From NCBI GenBank assembly GCA_042408215.1, contig JAYFMW010000010.1, positions 96,001 to 160,000 of the forward strand: a DNA stretch of 64,000 bases. The letters are read 5' to 3'. Positions 54,746 through 64,000 of this stretch are shown one piece after another. The stretch's first letter is position 1; every line of letters starts with the position of its first letter. This DNA is from Microcoleus sp. (GTDB lineage Bacteria > Cyanobacteriota > Cyanobacteriia > Cyanobacteriales > Microcoleaceae). Both the position numbers and the translations under genes were made by a program. The notes beneath the pieces were generated by a model. The model was not told the DNA's origin and did not search any database. It was given only the letters and a program-made list of their open reading frames with translations.

Positions 54746-55756
54746 ATGACGCCCACAAAACTCTCGAATTCTGATCGACGCGAAATCATCAGGCTGTACC
54801 GACAGTCGGACGAGAATACTATTACTCTGGCAAAGCGCTACGGGGTAAGTAGTTCTACGGTGAGGCGCCTCCTTCAGAGTGCTTTATCGGAGCCGGAATA
54901 CGAATCTTGTGTCCAGCAAAAACAAAAGCGTTTGCCCGATCGCACCAGTGTTGCTCTACCTAGGGCCCGGACTGTTGAGTCCTCAGTAACTGACTCGGAG
55001 CTTGATGCTGTATATGCCCCAGTCTCCCAGTCAGTCCCTGTTGGGCCGTCGTCAGTCGCAAATTCGAGACCGACAATCCGGCAGCGTTTTTTATCGGCTG
55101 CTCAACCAGTTGCCCAGAAGGAAGTTCGAGGAGCTCTACAGTCAGATTTGGATGTTTCTGACACAGCAGAAGCCGAGGGACTTAATCTTGCTAATGGCGG
55201 TGATTACGTTGCTGTGAGTGGGGAATTAAAGGCAATGCTGCCAGAAGAAGGACTGCTGGCTGGTGAAGATTTTAGCGATTTCGACGAGGGTGAGGATGAA
55301 GATGAGGACGAGGATGAGGACGAAGATGAGGATGATTTAGATGATTTTGACGGGGAGGATTTGGAGGATGAAGACTCTCTGTTTGAAGGAAGTCTGCTGG
55401 GTGTGCGATCGTCCGGTGAATCGACGAGCGAGCTTGGGGCGCAAACGCTGATTCAAGTTTTGCCATTAAGCCAAGCGTCTCTTCCGAAAATTTGCTATTT
55501 GGTAGTCGATCGGGCTGGGGAGTTAATCACTAGACCTCTGAAAGATTTTGGCGAACTGGGTCAAATTCCGGCGCTCGAAACTCGGGAGAAAACTCTGCCA
55601 GTTTTTGATAACCACCGAGTTGCTGGGCGATTTGCGACTCACCATCAAAGGGTTGTGAAGGTTCCTGATGGCAAGATGCTGGAAAAAGCTGCGCCTTATT
55701 TGCAAGCTAAGGGAATTACGAGGATGTTGATTGACGGTCAAGTTTACTCTTTATAA
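54746..55756 (+). CDS. Conserved cyanobacterial protein with N-terminal HTH and acidic tract
   Basis: TLAKRYGVSSSTVRRLL HTH; D/E run; C-terminal CYLVVDRAGELITRPLKDF domain. Confidence 0.75.
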   Translation: MTPTKLSNSDRREIIRLYRQSDENTITLAKRYGVSSSTVRRLLQSALSEPEYESCVQQKQKRLPDRTSVALPRARTVESSVTDSELDAVYAPVSQSVPVGPSSVANSRPTIRQRFLSAAQPVAQKEVRGALQSDLDVSDTAEAEGLNLANGGDYVAVSGELKAMLPEEGLLAGEDFSDFDEGEDEDEDEDEDEDEDDLDDFDGEDLEDEDSLFEGSLLGVRSSGESTSELGAQTLIQVLPLSQASLPKICYLVVDRAGELITRPLKDFGELGQIPALETREKTLPVFDNHRVAGRFATHHQRVVKVPDGKMLEKAAPYLQAKGITRMLIDGQVYSL

Positions 55757-57302
55757 TAAATACCCTGAAAACCCTGTGACTTTAGTCCAGGGATGAAAGG
55801 GCGTGGCAGGATTTATCCTGCCTGTTCGTAAGTTTCAATATAACATAATGTTTAACCGTCCCCGGACAAATCCTTCTAGCAATTGAGACCAAGGTAAAGA
55901 TTTGTTGAGGATTAATTAACTTGTTAATTCACGCTCTATACTAAACCTAGTGTCACCATAGCCAGTAATTTCAATGTACGCAGTACAAAAAGATGTTTGG
56001 CATTTAAAAGGACTCGACAAAACTATTGTCGAACAACTACTAAGATGGTCAAATAATCTGTTTAATGTCGGAACTTACGAAAGTCGGCAACAATACTTGA
56101 AAAACCAAAGCGTAGTTAAATATCCAGATTTGTATAAAATAGCTAAAACCAACGAAAATTATGGGTTGCTATACTCTCAAGTTGCCCAGCAATCTCTTAA
56201 ATCTGTTGCGGAATCTTTTACTTCTTTCCGAGCTTTAGAGAAGTTGGCAAATCAAGGAGAAATCCATCAAAAACCGAGACTACCAAGGTACAGAACCAAA
56301 GGGGGAATGTACCCCGTTTCATATCCCGGTCAAGCCTTAAAGGTGATTGAAAATAAAATCAGATTACCCCTGGGTAAAAAAGGAAAAGAATACTTTGGGA
56401 AAGATGCGCTTTGGGTTCCGCTACCTGAACGGATCAAGAATTGCCAGATCAAAGAACTCAGGTTGATCCCTAGGAATGGTGCGGTATGGGTCGAATATGT
56501 CTACGAATCTCTGACTGAACAAGCCCCTAGTTGCTGCTTGGAAGTGACAGGGATTCTGGGCATCGATCACGGCATCAATAACTGGTTAACTTGTGTCTCT
56601 AGCAATGGTAAACCTTTGATCATTGATGGACTTAGACTCAAGTCTTGGAACCAATGGTTTAACAAAGAAAAAGCGAGAGTTCAATCAGAATACACAATAC
56701 ATAAATTACCCAAAGGTTTCTCGTCAAAAAGATTGCAGCAGTTGTCGGAAATTTGCACTAGAAGGATGAGAGATGCTGTCAACAAAGCAGTTAGAAGTAT
56801 TATAGATTATTGCGAAAATAACCAAATAAATGTCTTAGTCTTTGGTTGGAATAAAGGACAGAAGCAAGAAGTTAATATGGGGGGAGTGACTAATCAGAAC
56901 TTTGTCCAAATACCCACAGCTAAAGTCAAAGATAGACTACAACAAGAGTGCGACTTAAGGGGATGGCGATTTTGCGAACAAGACGAATCTTACACCTCAA
57001 AATCAAGTTTTTTAGACCGAGACATTTTGCCAGTAAAAGTCGGTGAAAAACCTGACAATTGGCAACCATCGGGTAAAAGAATCAAAAGAGGATTGTACCG
57101 TTCTAGCGCTGGGTTGTTAATCAATGCAGATGTTAACGGTGCTGCTAATATCATTAGAAAATCAAAAGTAGCCATAGACTCAATTATTGAGCGAGTGGGT
57201 AGTGGGTTGCTGACTAATCCTTTGAGAATTAAACTTTGGGCGGATTCATCCCCCAAAGTTTGTCCTTAAGAATCCCCGTGTCTTCAGACCGGGGAGTGTC
57301 AA
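55755..57302 (+). mobile_element. IS200/IS605 family tnpB-only element, target TTAT
   Basis: Left end TTAT|AATAAATACCCTG-AAAA-CCCTG...CAGGG; right end GAAT-CCCCG...CGGGGAGTG-TCAA|. Confidence 0.85.
55974..57269 (+). CDS. tnpB: TnpB RNA-guided endonuclease (zinc-finger-less variant)
   Basis: LGIDHG (RuvC-I), FGWNKGQKQ, QDESYTSK, NADVNGAANI (RuvC-III). Confidence 0.9.
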   Translation: MYAVQKDVWHLKGLDKTIVEQLLRWSNNLFNVGTYESRQQYLKNQSVVKYPDLYKIAKTNENYGLLYSQVAQQSLKSVAESFTSFRALEKLANQGEIHQKPRLPRYRTKGGMYPVSYPGQALKVIENKIRLPLGKKGKEYFGKDALWVPLPERIKNCQIKELRLIPRNGAVWVEYVYESLTEQAPSCCLEVTGILGIDHGINNWLTCVSSNGKPLIIDGLRLKSWNQWFNKEKARVQSEYTIHKLPKGFSSKRLQQLSEICTRRMRDAVNKAVRSIIDYCENNQINVLVFGWNKGQKQEVNMGGVTNQNFVQIPTAKVKDRLQQECDLRGWRFCEQDESYTSKSSFLDRDILPVKVGEKPDNWQPSGKRIKRGLYRSSAGLLINADVNGAANIIRKSKVAIDSIIERVGSGLLTNPLRIKLWADSSPKVCP

Positions 57303-57528
57303 TAACTGGCTGTGAAGCAGAAAGTATCCATAGCGGTTGAAGAATTGCACCTCCGATCAATCCCGCACTAAGGCTGATGGCTAAGACTACTCCTACGGGC
57401 ATTGGTATGGATTGGAACAAGGTAAAGTTTAGGGATACTGGCGTGGCGTTCTGGACTGAGAGAATGCCGATCGCACTGACCAAAATTGCTAGTAAAAAAC
57501 TAATGGCGAGCAAAGGAATTGTTTTCAT
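57229..57528 (-). CDS. LapA/DUF1049 family small membrane protein, C-terminus read into the IS
   Basis: ILSVQNATPVSLNF..FQSIPMPVGVVL motif; last 24 codons lie inside the IS right end. Confidence 0.75.
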   Translation of the reverse strand: MKTIPLLAISFLLAILVSAIGILSVQNATPVSLNFTLFQSIPMPVGVVLAISLSAGLIGGAILQPLWILSASQPVIDTPRSEDTGILKDKLWGMNPPKV

Positions 57529-57529
57529 A

Positions 57530-57722
57530 AAAGGGGTTGACAAATCAATGATTAATCTGATATAGTTGCTTCATAATCGAAATCTGTGTCAAAATATTAT
57601 TTTAGCAAATATCCCATTATTAGGTAGCATACCACAAGAAGTTAGGAAAAGTCAAGGAAATATCCAAAATTTTGAGGATTTTTTTTAATTCATAAAAACA
57701 AAAATTGCCCAACTGCCAGGAA
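57530..57722. promoter_or_regulatory. Second convergent-promoter element, homologous (reverse orientation) to 43610-43795
   Basis: Plus: TTGACA(57537)-18-TATAGT. Minus: TTGACT(57655)-18-TATGCT. Confidence 0.6.
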
Positions 57723-57967
57723 TCCAATTGTATTACAAATATATAGTTTTTTGATTTTTTAAATAAACCGCGAAGACGCGAAGGACACAAAGAAAAGAAA
57801 AGAAAAGAAAAGAAAGAAAGAAAGAAAGAAAGAAAGAAAAGAAAGGGAGTGTAGATCGGAATTTATTTGGTATAAGGTGTGCAGTGCACACCTTATAATT
57901 TTGGCTGCCTAAATCTTGACATTTTCTAACTCAAGGGGCAAGCCTGGGTGTTGAAAAGAGTGGGAGT

Positions 57968-59410
57968 TCACACAGGTTCTAATTGAGCAATTACCTGTTT
58001 CATGTGTGCGGCGATTTTGGCTTCTTTTTCCACTGAATTTGTTTCCATGTAAACGCGCATCAAAGGTTCAGTCCCTGAAGGCCTCAAAAGTATCCAGCCA
58101 CCGTCTTCAAGATAGAGCTTGATTCCGTCTTTGCGGCCGATTTCCTTCACGCCAATACCAGCTACTTCCGAGGGCGGGTTGTTGGTAAAAGATGCTAAAA
58201 CGGCTGCTTTGTGGGCGTCTTCGAGGTGCAAGTCAAGACGTTGGTTGTACAGGGGGCCGTCGGCTTCGCGGATGGCTTCTTCGACTAGCTGAGAAAGGGG
58301 TTTGCCTTCGTAGGCGATCGCCTCTGCGACCAGCATATCAGCCAAAATCCCATCTTTTTCGGGGATGTGACCTAAAACGCTCAAACCGCCGGATTCTTCG
58401 CCGCCGATGAGTACGGCTGTTTCTCGCATTTTTTCGCCGATGTATTTAAAGCCGACTGCGGTTTCGTAGATTTTCAAGCCGTATTTGGCGGCCATATTGT
58501 CCAGCAAGTGGGTAGTGGCGACGGTACGGACGATCGCCCCTGTTAAGCCTTTATTCTTGACTAAGTGACGCGCCAGCAGCAACAGCACAGTATTTGGAGT
58601 CAAGACATTTCCCAACTCGTCAACAATACCAAAGCGATCGCTGTCGCCATCCGTCGCCAAGCCCAAATCCGCTGCATCTTTCTTAACAGCTTCTACCAAC
58701 TCAACCAATTGTTCGCCCTTGGGCTCGGGCATTCCGCCGCCAAACAGCACGTCGCGGTAGGTGTGAAAACTCTCCAAATCGCAGCCGCAGTGTTCCAAAA
58801 CCAGGTCGAGATAGCCGCGAGAAGTGGAATAGAGGGCATCGTACTTGACCTTCAATTTAGCCGATCGAATCCGCTCTACATCGATCAAGGTATAGAGAAA
58901 CTTGAGATATTCGGGTTTCGGATCAAAACTAGAGATTCGATCGTTGTGGCTGCCGATCGCTGGGGCATCAGAAGCACCAGCAATATTTGCTACAATTGTA
59001 TCAGTGATTTCCGGGGTAGCCGGGCCCGCGTAGTCGGGGATGTATTTGATGCCGCAGTAAGGTGCGGGATTGTGTGAAGCCGTGAACATCAGGGCTCCGG
59101 CGGAGTTTAAATGCTTGGCGCTGTAGGCGATGACTGGTGTGGGGCAATCTCGATCGACCACCATGACTGTCCATCCCAAATCTGCGAGGATCTCAGCGGA
59201 GGTGCGGGCGAATTCGTCTGCCAGAAAGCGGGTATCGTATGATACTAGAACTGGGCGGTCTTTTGTGTAAGCGGTTTCGAGATAACTGGCGATCGCCCGC
59301 GTTACTTTACGCACGTTAGCAAAAGTAAAGTCATGGGCGATAAGTCCGCGCCACCCGTCGGTTCCGAACTTGATTTCTGTTGAATTGCTGCTGGTGCTCA
59401 TTTTCGCCAC
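57968..59410 (-). CDS. Phosphoglucomutase/phosphomannomutase
   Basis: FGTDGWRG, TASHNP, DGDSDRF, GGEESGG, RPSGTEP. Confidence 0.93.
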   Translation of the reverse strand: MAKMSTSSNSTEIKFGTDGWRGLIAHDFTFANVRKVTRAIASYLETAYTKDRPVLVSYDTRFLADEFARTSAEILADLGWTVMVVDRDCPTPVIAYSAKHLNSAGALMFTASHNPAPYCGIKYIPDYAGPATPEITDTIVANIAGASDAPAIGSHNDRISSFDPKPEYLKFLYTLIDVERIRSAKLKVKYDALYSTSRGYLDLVLEHCGCDLESFHTYRDVLFGGGMPEPKGEQLVELVEAVKKDAADLGLATDGDSDRFGIVDELGNVLTPNTVLLLLARHLVKNKGLTGAIVRTVATTHLLDNMAAKYGLKIYETAVGFKYIGEKMRETAVLIGGEESGGLSVLGHIPEKDGILADMLVAEAIAYEGKPLSQLVEEAIREADGPLYNQRLDLHLEDAHKAAVLASFTNNPPSEVAGIGVKEIGRKDGIKLYLEDGGWILLRPSGTEPLMRVYMETNSVEKEAKIAAHMKQVIAQLEPV

Positions 59411-59502
59411 TCCTTTTGATTTTAGATGTAATCAATCGTACTAGAAGCCTATGCTGTCGAGGCGTATCGGCCTTGTACTTTTCGTACCAAGCCAGTACCT
59501 AG

Positions 59503-60841
59503 TTGACATTCTCACCGGGCTGAAGCCACGGTGATTCTAAACATCACTGTTTAGGCTTCCTCTTTCGGCGATCCGACTTATTTAAAAGAGTTTCCTCATT
59601 CAAACTCTTGTCGATATCTCCAGAGGCGTTTGAGGTTTCCGTGTGCCCCACGGTACGCAATCCAAGTTCTAATATGTTGCGAGCGGCGTTCCAATCTCGG
59701 TCTAAAACGAATCCACAATGTGGACAAATATGTGTTCTTTGACTTAATGACTTTTTCGCCACTTTCCCACAACTAGAACAATTTTGACTTGTATAGTGTG
59801 GCGGTACTGCAACAGTTGCCACCCCAAACACTTTGCCAAAATATTCAATCCAATTTCTAAAAGCTGTCCAAGCCGCATCTGATATCGACTTGGATAGCTT
59901 TTTGTTTTTGACCATGTTACGCACCTGCAAGTCTTCATAGGCTACCAAGTCGTTAGACTGGACTACGCACCTTGCTAATTTCACAGCAAAGTCTTTACGC
60001 CGCCTGCTTACCTTGAGGTGTTTTCTACTTAAACGATTTCGAGCCTTAGCTCTATTTTTAGAACCTTTCTGCGTTCGAGAAAGTCTACGATTAAGCTTTT
60101 TTAACGATCTTTCGGACTTTCTTAGATGGCGCGGGTTCTCTACGGTATTACCGTCAGAGTCTGTGTAGAAATGAGTTAGCCCTACATCCAAACCGATTGT
60201 TTTTCCGGTCGGCTCCCGCTTTTCGTTTCGTTCAGCGTCAATACAAAATTGCACGTAGTAGCCATCGGCTCGACGAACTACGCGCACTCGTTTAACTTGA
60301 CTTAGCTGATAGAAATGTAGGTCACGATTTCCCCATAATTGAAAAATTCCGGCTTTAAATCCATCAGTGAAAGTTATATTTCGTCGGTCTTCAGAAAGCT
60401 TCCACCCACAGGTCTTGTATTCAACAGAACCGTGCGTTTCATGCTTTTTGAAGCGCGGAAAACCTTTCTTTCCTGGTTTTGCCTTCTTGCAGTTGTCAAA
60501 GAATCGTGCAATCGCTGACCAAGCTCTTTCAGCAGAAGCTTGCCTTGCCATTGAGTTGAGTTTACTGGCCCAAGGAAATTCTTTGGCAAGAACTACGCAA
60601 TAAGCGCTTAAGTCGTAGCGACCTACCCCTGGGGTATCCATCCAGTACCTGATGCAGCTATTACGAATGAAGCGAGCAGTACGAATGGCTTCGTCTAGCC
60701 GTTCGTACTGCTCGCTTTTCCCTTCTAGCTTGGCTTCAAATACTAACATTTACGTCGAGTGAGTGAATATAAAGACTATAACAGAGTTCTGGAGAAATTA
60801 AAGCCGTCCTATAAGGACGGGGCTTTAGACCCAGCTTTTTG
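59503..60841 (-). mobile_element. IS200/IS605 family tnpB-only element, target TTAC
   Basis: Minus strand: left end TTAC|CAAAAAGCTGGGTCT-AAAG-CCCCGTCCTTATAGGACGG; right end GAAT-CACCG...CGGTGAGAATG-TCAA|. Confidence 0.88.
59544..60749 (-). CDS. tnpB: TnpB RNA-guided endonuclease (canonical D-E-D with zinc finger)
   Basis: IGLDVGL, VAYEDL, CSSCG/CPHCG, DRDWNAARNI. Confidence 0.93.
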   Translation of the reverse strand: MLVFEAKLEGKSEQYERLDEAIRTARFIRNSCIRYWMDTPGVGRYDLSAYCVVLAKEFPWASKLNSMARQASAERAWSAIARFFDNCKKAKPGKKGFPRFKKHETHGSVEYKTCGWKLSEDRRNITFTDGFKAGIFQLWGNRDLHFYQLSQVKRVRVVRRADGYYVQFCIDAERNEKREPTGKTIGLDVGLTHFYTDSDGNTVENPRHLRKSERSLKKLNRRLSRTQKGSKNRAKARNRLSRKHLKVSRRRKDFAVKLARCVVQSNDLVAYEDLQVRNMVKNKKLSKSISDAAWTAFRNWIEYFGKVFGVATVAVPPHYTSQNCSSCGKVAKKSLSQRTHICPHCGFVLDRDWNAARNILELGLRTVGHTETSNASGDIDKSLNEETLLNKSDRRKRKPKQ

Positions 60842-61396
60842 GTAAAACTATAAGCTGCTACGGAGCCTTATTGACTGATCCCTGCACAAAATCAGACAAT
60901 CAACAAAATTGCAACGATCGGTCTGTGATTAACATAAATCTTATCTTAATCCATAATTTAACTCTTTCTTTATAAAAGAATCGGGTAAAATATGTTAATG
61001 TTTTATCACAAATAGAATCCTCAGAATTTGAGATTTAAGATTTGAAATTTATTCGATAAGTAAATCCACCTAATTAAACTTAAGATACAGGGGGCTAAAA
61101 AGCTTGCTGTATGAGCATTTTTTATACTTAATTGAAGAATTAAAAAGTTAAATTTTCCTTGAGAAACCCGGTTTCTTGAGTCTTTCTGGGTAAGTCCTGA
61201 GACAAAGATATCTGCACGGTAGTCAAAACAGTGTTGCGTTTGCTAGCAATGTGATTTGTATTACAGCCATTTGGCCTATCGACTTAAGCACAATGGCGGA
61301 TGTTTGTCATAGAGATCGCGTAAATAATTGTAGTTAACCAATTGAAAAATTTGGAGAATCGATCGCCTGCTGCTGTACAAAAAAACGAGGTTTCAG

Positions 61397-62497
61397 ATGA
61401 CTAATCTTTCACAGGTAGATTTAAACGATTTATCTGCCGCCGACAAAAATAAACATCGGCAAACTCTACTGTCACAGGGTATCGCCGGATTAGACAGTCA
61501 CAAACTCTCTGAGGCTAATTCAGACGGCGTTAGCGCTAATTCCTTAGCAGTTAGCTGGGCAAAAAAATATTACAGTGTAGTGGGGGCTGGGAAAAACCAA
61601 AGGCTGCGCCTCATCCCCCAAAATCCAGACTCAATAAATTTTGAGGCAAATCGAGCCAAAATAGTTGACAAATTGACCGATACACTGAAAGTAGCTAGCG
61701 AGATAGCTTGGAATAGAGTAGAGGCTATTTTAGGAGAACAAATAGAGTGTCAGGGAATCGATCCGAGGTTAATTAATCCTTCAGAAATTATAGCCGACAC
61801 TCGGAACTTGTATCGTAAAGCAATAGACGCTTACGGCGATGGAGAATCGGTTTTCCGCTTGTCAGTGGTGGTGGGAAGATCTATTATTGAGGTGAGGCGG
61901 AAATATTCGCAAGTCGATGCGTTAGTTCTCGGATTTGTGACATTGGAGTTTCAATACACCAAAAAAATCTTGTTAGGATGTCTTTCGGAGTCAGAGCTTC
62001 CGCAATTTGCACCCTACTTAAAAATTGTAGACGACTACCTGCACATTCCCTACGGTGAGATTCACCTCGCTGCTGCGAATCTGGCCTCGAATTCAAAAGC
62101 CCTATTAGCGGTTGTACACTTGTTGCCACACACCACTCAGATTGCTAGTGAAGTGTACGATCGGGTTATTTCAAAACATCAAGGATACCGCAGCAGCAGT
62201 GGGTATTTGACAGATTCCGAGGTAAAAACTTCTGGGATTCGGGATATTGAGATTTTTCAAAGTTATTTGTGCTGGTGCGTTTTGGAAAGTAGCTTTCGCC
62301 CGGTACAGCAAGAATTGTTTCCAATGTGTGTGATGTTGTATCCGAAACTTCATGTAAGTTGGGAGTTAGTGCAGGATATGCTGCTGATTTTATTTGGGGA
62401 AATATCCGATCGCCTTGATGGGGAAGATTTAATGGTATTTTTACCTTATTTGCGTACTGTGACAGAGATGTTTTCTAGTGATGTGTTTGACAATTAG
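61397..62497 (+). CDS. Hypothetical alpha-helical cyanobacterial protein
   Basis: 366-aa ORF with GAGG RBS; no motif assigned with confidence. Confidence 0.7.
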   Translation: MTNLSQVDLNDLSAADKNKHRQTLLSQGIAGLDSHKLSEANSDGVSANSLAVSWAKKYYSVVGAGKNQRLRLIPQNPDSINFEANRAKIVDKLTDTLKVASEIAWNRVEAILGEQIECQGIDPRLINPSEIIADTRNLYRKAIDAYGDGESVFRLSVVVGRSIIEVRRKYSQVDALVLGFVTLEFQYTKKILLGCLSESELPQFAPYLKIVDDYLHIPYGEIHLAAANLASNSKALLAVVHLLPHTTQIASEVYDRVISKHQGYRSSSGYLTDSEVKTSGIRDIEIFQSYLCWCVLESSFRPVQQELFPMCVMLYPKLHVSWELVQDMLLILFGEISDRLDGEDLMVFLPYLRTVTEMFSSDVFDN

Positions 62498-62680
62498 GGA
62501 ATTGGGAATGGGGAATGGGGCATTGGGAATGGGGAATGGGGAATGGGGAATGGGGAATGGGGAATGGGGAATGGGGAATGGGGCATTGGGAATGGGGCAT
62601 TGGGCATGGGGAATGGGGAATGGGGCATTGGGAATGGGGCATTGGGAATGGGGCATTGGGCATTGGGCATTGGAAATTGG
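62497..62680. repeat. STRR heptamer tract (GGGAATG/GGGCATT) x about 25
   Basis: Direct tandem heptamers between convergent genes. Confidence 0.95.
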
Positions 62681-62693
62681 TAATTGCAACTTT

Positions 62694-63086
62694 TTATTTA
62701 AAACTCCAAGCTGCAATGGTTAAACATCCCCAACCGACAAGATAAGCAACTCCTCCCAAGGGAGTAATTGCGCCCAGCCATTTGATGTTAGTCAGACTGA
62801 GGGCGTACAAACTACCTGAAAAGATAACTGTACCGACAATAAAAGCCCATCCAGCAACTGCGAAAAAGGTTTGAGACTCCAGGGTACGGCTCAAGAGTAA
62901 TGCCACGAGTAATAGGGCTAGGGCGTGATACATTTGATAGCGTGCGCCTGTCTCAAAGATTTCTAAAGCGCGATCGGTCAATTGAGCTTTTAAAGCGTGA
63001 GAAGCAAAGGCGCCACCGGCGACGGATAAACCTCCGAAGAGGGCCGCGGTTGCGAGGAAGATTCGGGTGAGGATTAGTGTTGACAT
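62694..63086 (-). CDS. DUF423 (YgdD/TMEM256) membrane protein
   Basis: [35 protein letters not shown]. Confidence 0.9.
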   Translation of the reverse strand: MSTLILTRIFLATAALFGGLSVAGGAFASHALKAQLTDRALEIFETGARYQMYHALALLLVALLLSRTLESQTFFAVAGWAFIVGTVIFSGSLYALSLTNIKWLGAITPLGGVAYLVGWGCLTIAAWSFK

Positions 63087-64000
63087 ATTTTAATGATTAA
63101 TTGAATTTTATTTAATTTTACGGTTGGGTGGGGAAAGGCGATCGGGTTATTGGTTGGGTGGGGGCGGGTTTATGAAGATGCTCTGTGGGTGGCAAGATTC
63201 ATCGGTGAACCCGCCCCTACAGATTTTATTGAATATTTTAGCATGAACAGTCCTGGACGCACTATCAGCCGAAAAAAACCGGTTTCTCGCGATTTTCTTC
63301 AAGATAAAATGACGCAATTACGTTAATAAACCGGCTTTTTGCGTCCAGGACTAATGAGTTTTATCCAACATTGTACCATGCCTGTGGGGCTGGTTTATCA
63401 GGCGATCGCTCTTTTTTTACCGCAGATAAATGTGGAGGAAAGAAGGGCGATCGCGCATTTGTCCGACTTCATTGTTCCTGCGCCTGAACAGTCTATATAC
63501 ATAATATTGCGAATGGGTAATTACCAATATTATTACCCAATAATAGCCTGGTCGGTCAACCAATCAAATATTACTATTGTCAGAGCGATCGCGCATTGGG
63601 GGGCGGGTTTAGGAATCTGATCGGTGAGAATTGAATAGGGCTGGCGAAAGAGCCCCTGCAATTGATTAATCCTGTAGGGGTTCTTTCACCCGAATCTTTG
63701 ACAATTACCGACAGATTATCGAAACCAGCCCCCTACCCTGGCAAATTTTCACGATTAATGGGGGTGGTTTAGGAAGATTTACTTAGTTGTTCGCGCGTAA
63801 GTCATGTCAAGCTCAGAAATATTTTTCAGCCAATAGAGATAAAAAATTAAGCTGATCGAACTTTTTTTGATGAAAGTTCGATCAGCTTCAAATTATTAGT
63901 GAGACATTAAAACGGGCAAAAGCCGGGTTTCAATCATTCTTTAGAGTTCAAGGAATTACCCTAAATAAAAGTGGTAAAATCGATGGCTTTTGTGATTCCG

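Noticed and set aside
55800..55900. Possible tnpA 3' remnant on the minus strand (TVKHY...IE)
   Set aside because: Too short and frameshifted to support.
57790..57845. (GAAAA)n(GAAA)n purine microsatellite
   Set aside because: Intergenic simple repeat with no evidence of function.
62441..62745. PIPHSPF and MGNGEWG repeat ORFs
   Set aside because: Translations of the STRR heptamer tract.

Overview
Chromosomal window from a filamentous cyanobacterium (inferred Oscillatoriales, Microcoleus/Tychonema-like, from dense HIP1 GCGATCGC sites, heptamer STRR tracts, glpX, hemA and a CBS-CP12 gene). It contains: (i) a cas-less CRISPR array of 81 identical 37-nt repeats (10323-16157), with one spot where a spacer is duplicated around a non-repeat insert; (ii) a co-oriented minus-strand run (32148 to 17825) encoding a periplasmic binding protein, a vWA protein, a 1117-aa tubulin/FtsZ-like protein, a Ser/Thr kinase, three COP23-like proteins and two secreted trypsin-like proteases; (iii) a translationally coupled pair: a PLD-nuclease/SNF2 helicase, and a protein whose N-terminus resembles the leading domain of helicase-partnered restriction-modification enzymes but whose C-terminus is a SigA-like sigma70 factor (best candidate for an undescribed system); (iv) three IS200/IS605-family elements (two tnpB-only, one 400-bp HEARO/omega-RNA-only element directly against a start codon), whose ends all obey the IS608 guide/cleavage pairing rule; (v) tRNA-Arg(TCT) with a 653-bp vestigial island; (vi) housekeeping genes and many nested dispersed repeats. 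Family calls come from motif recognition only; no searches were run.
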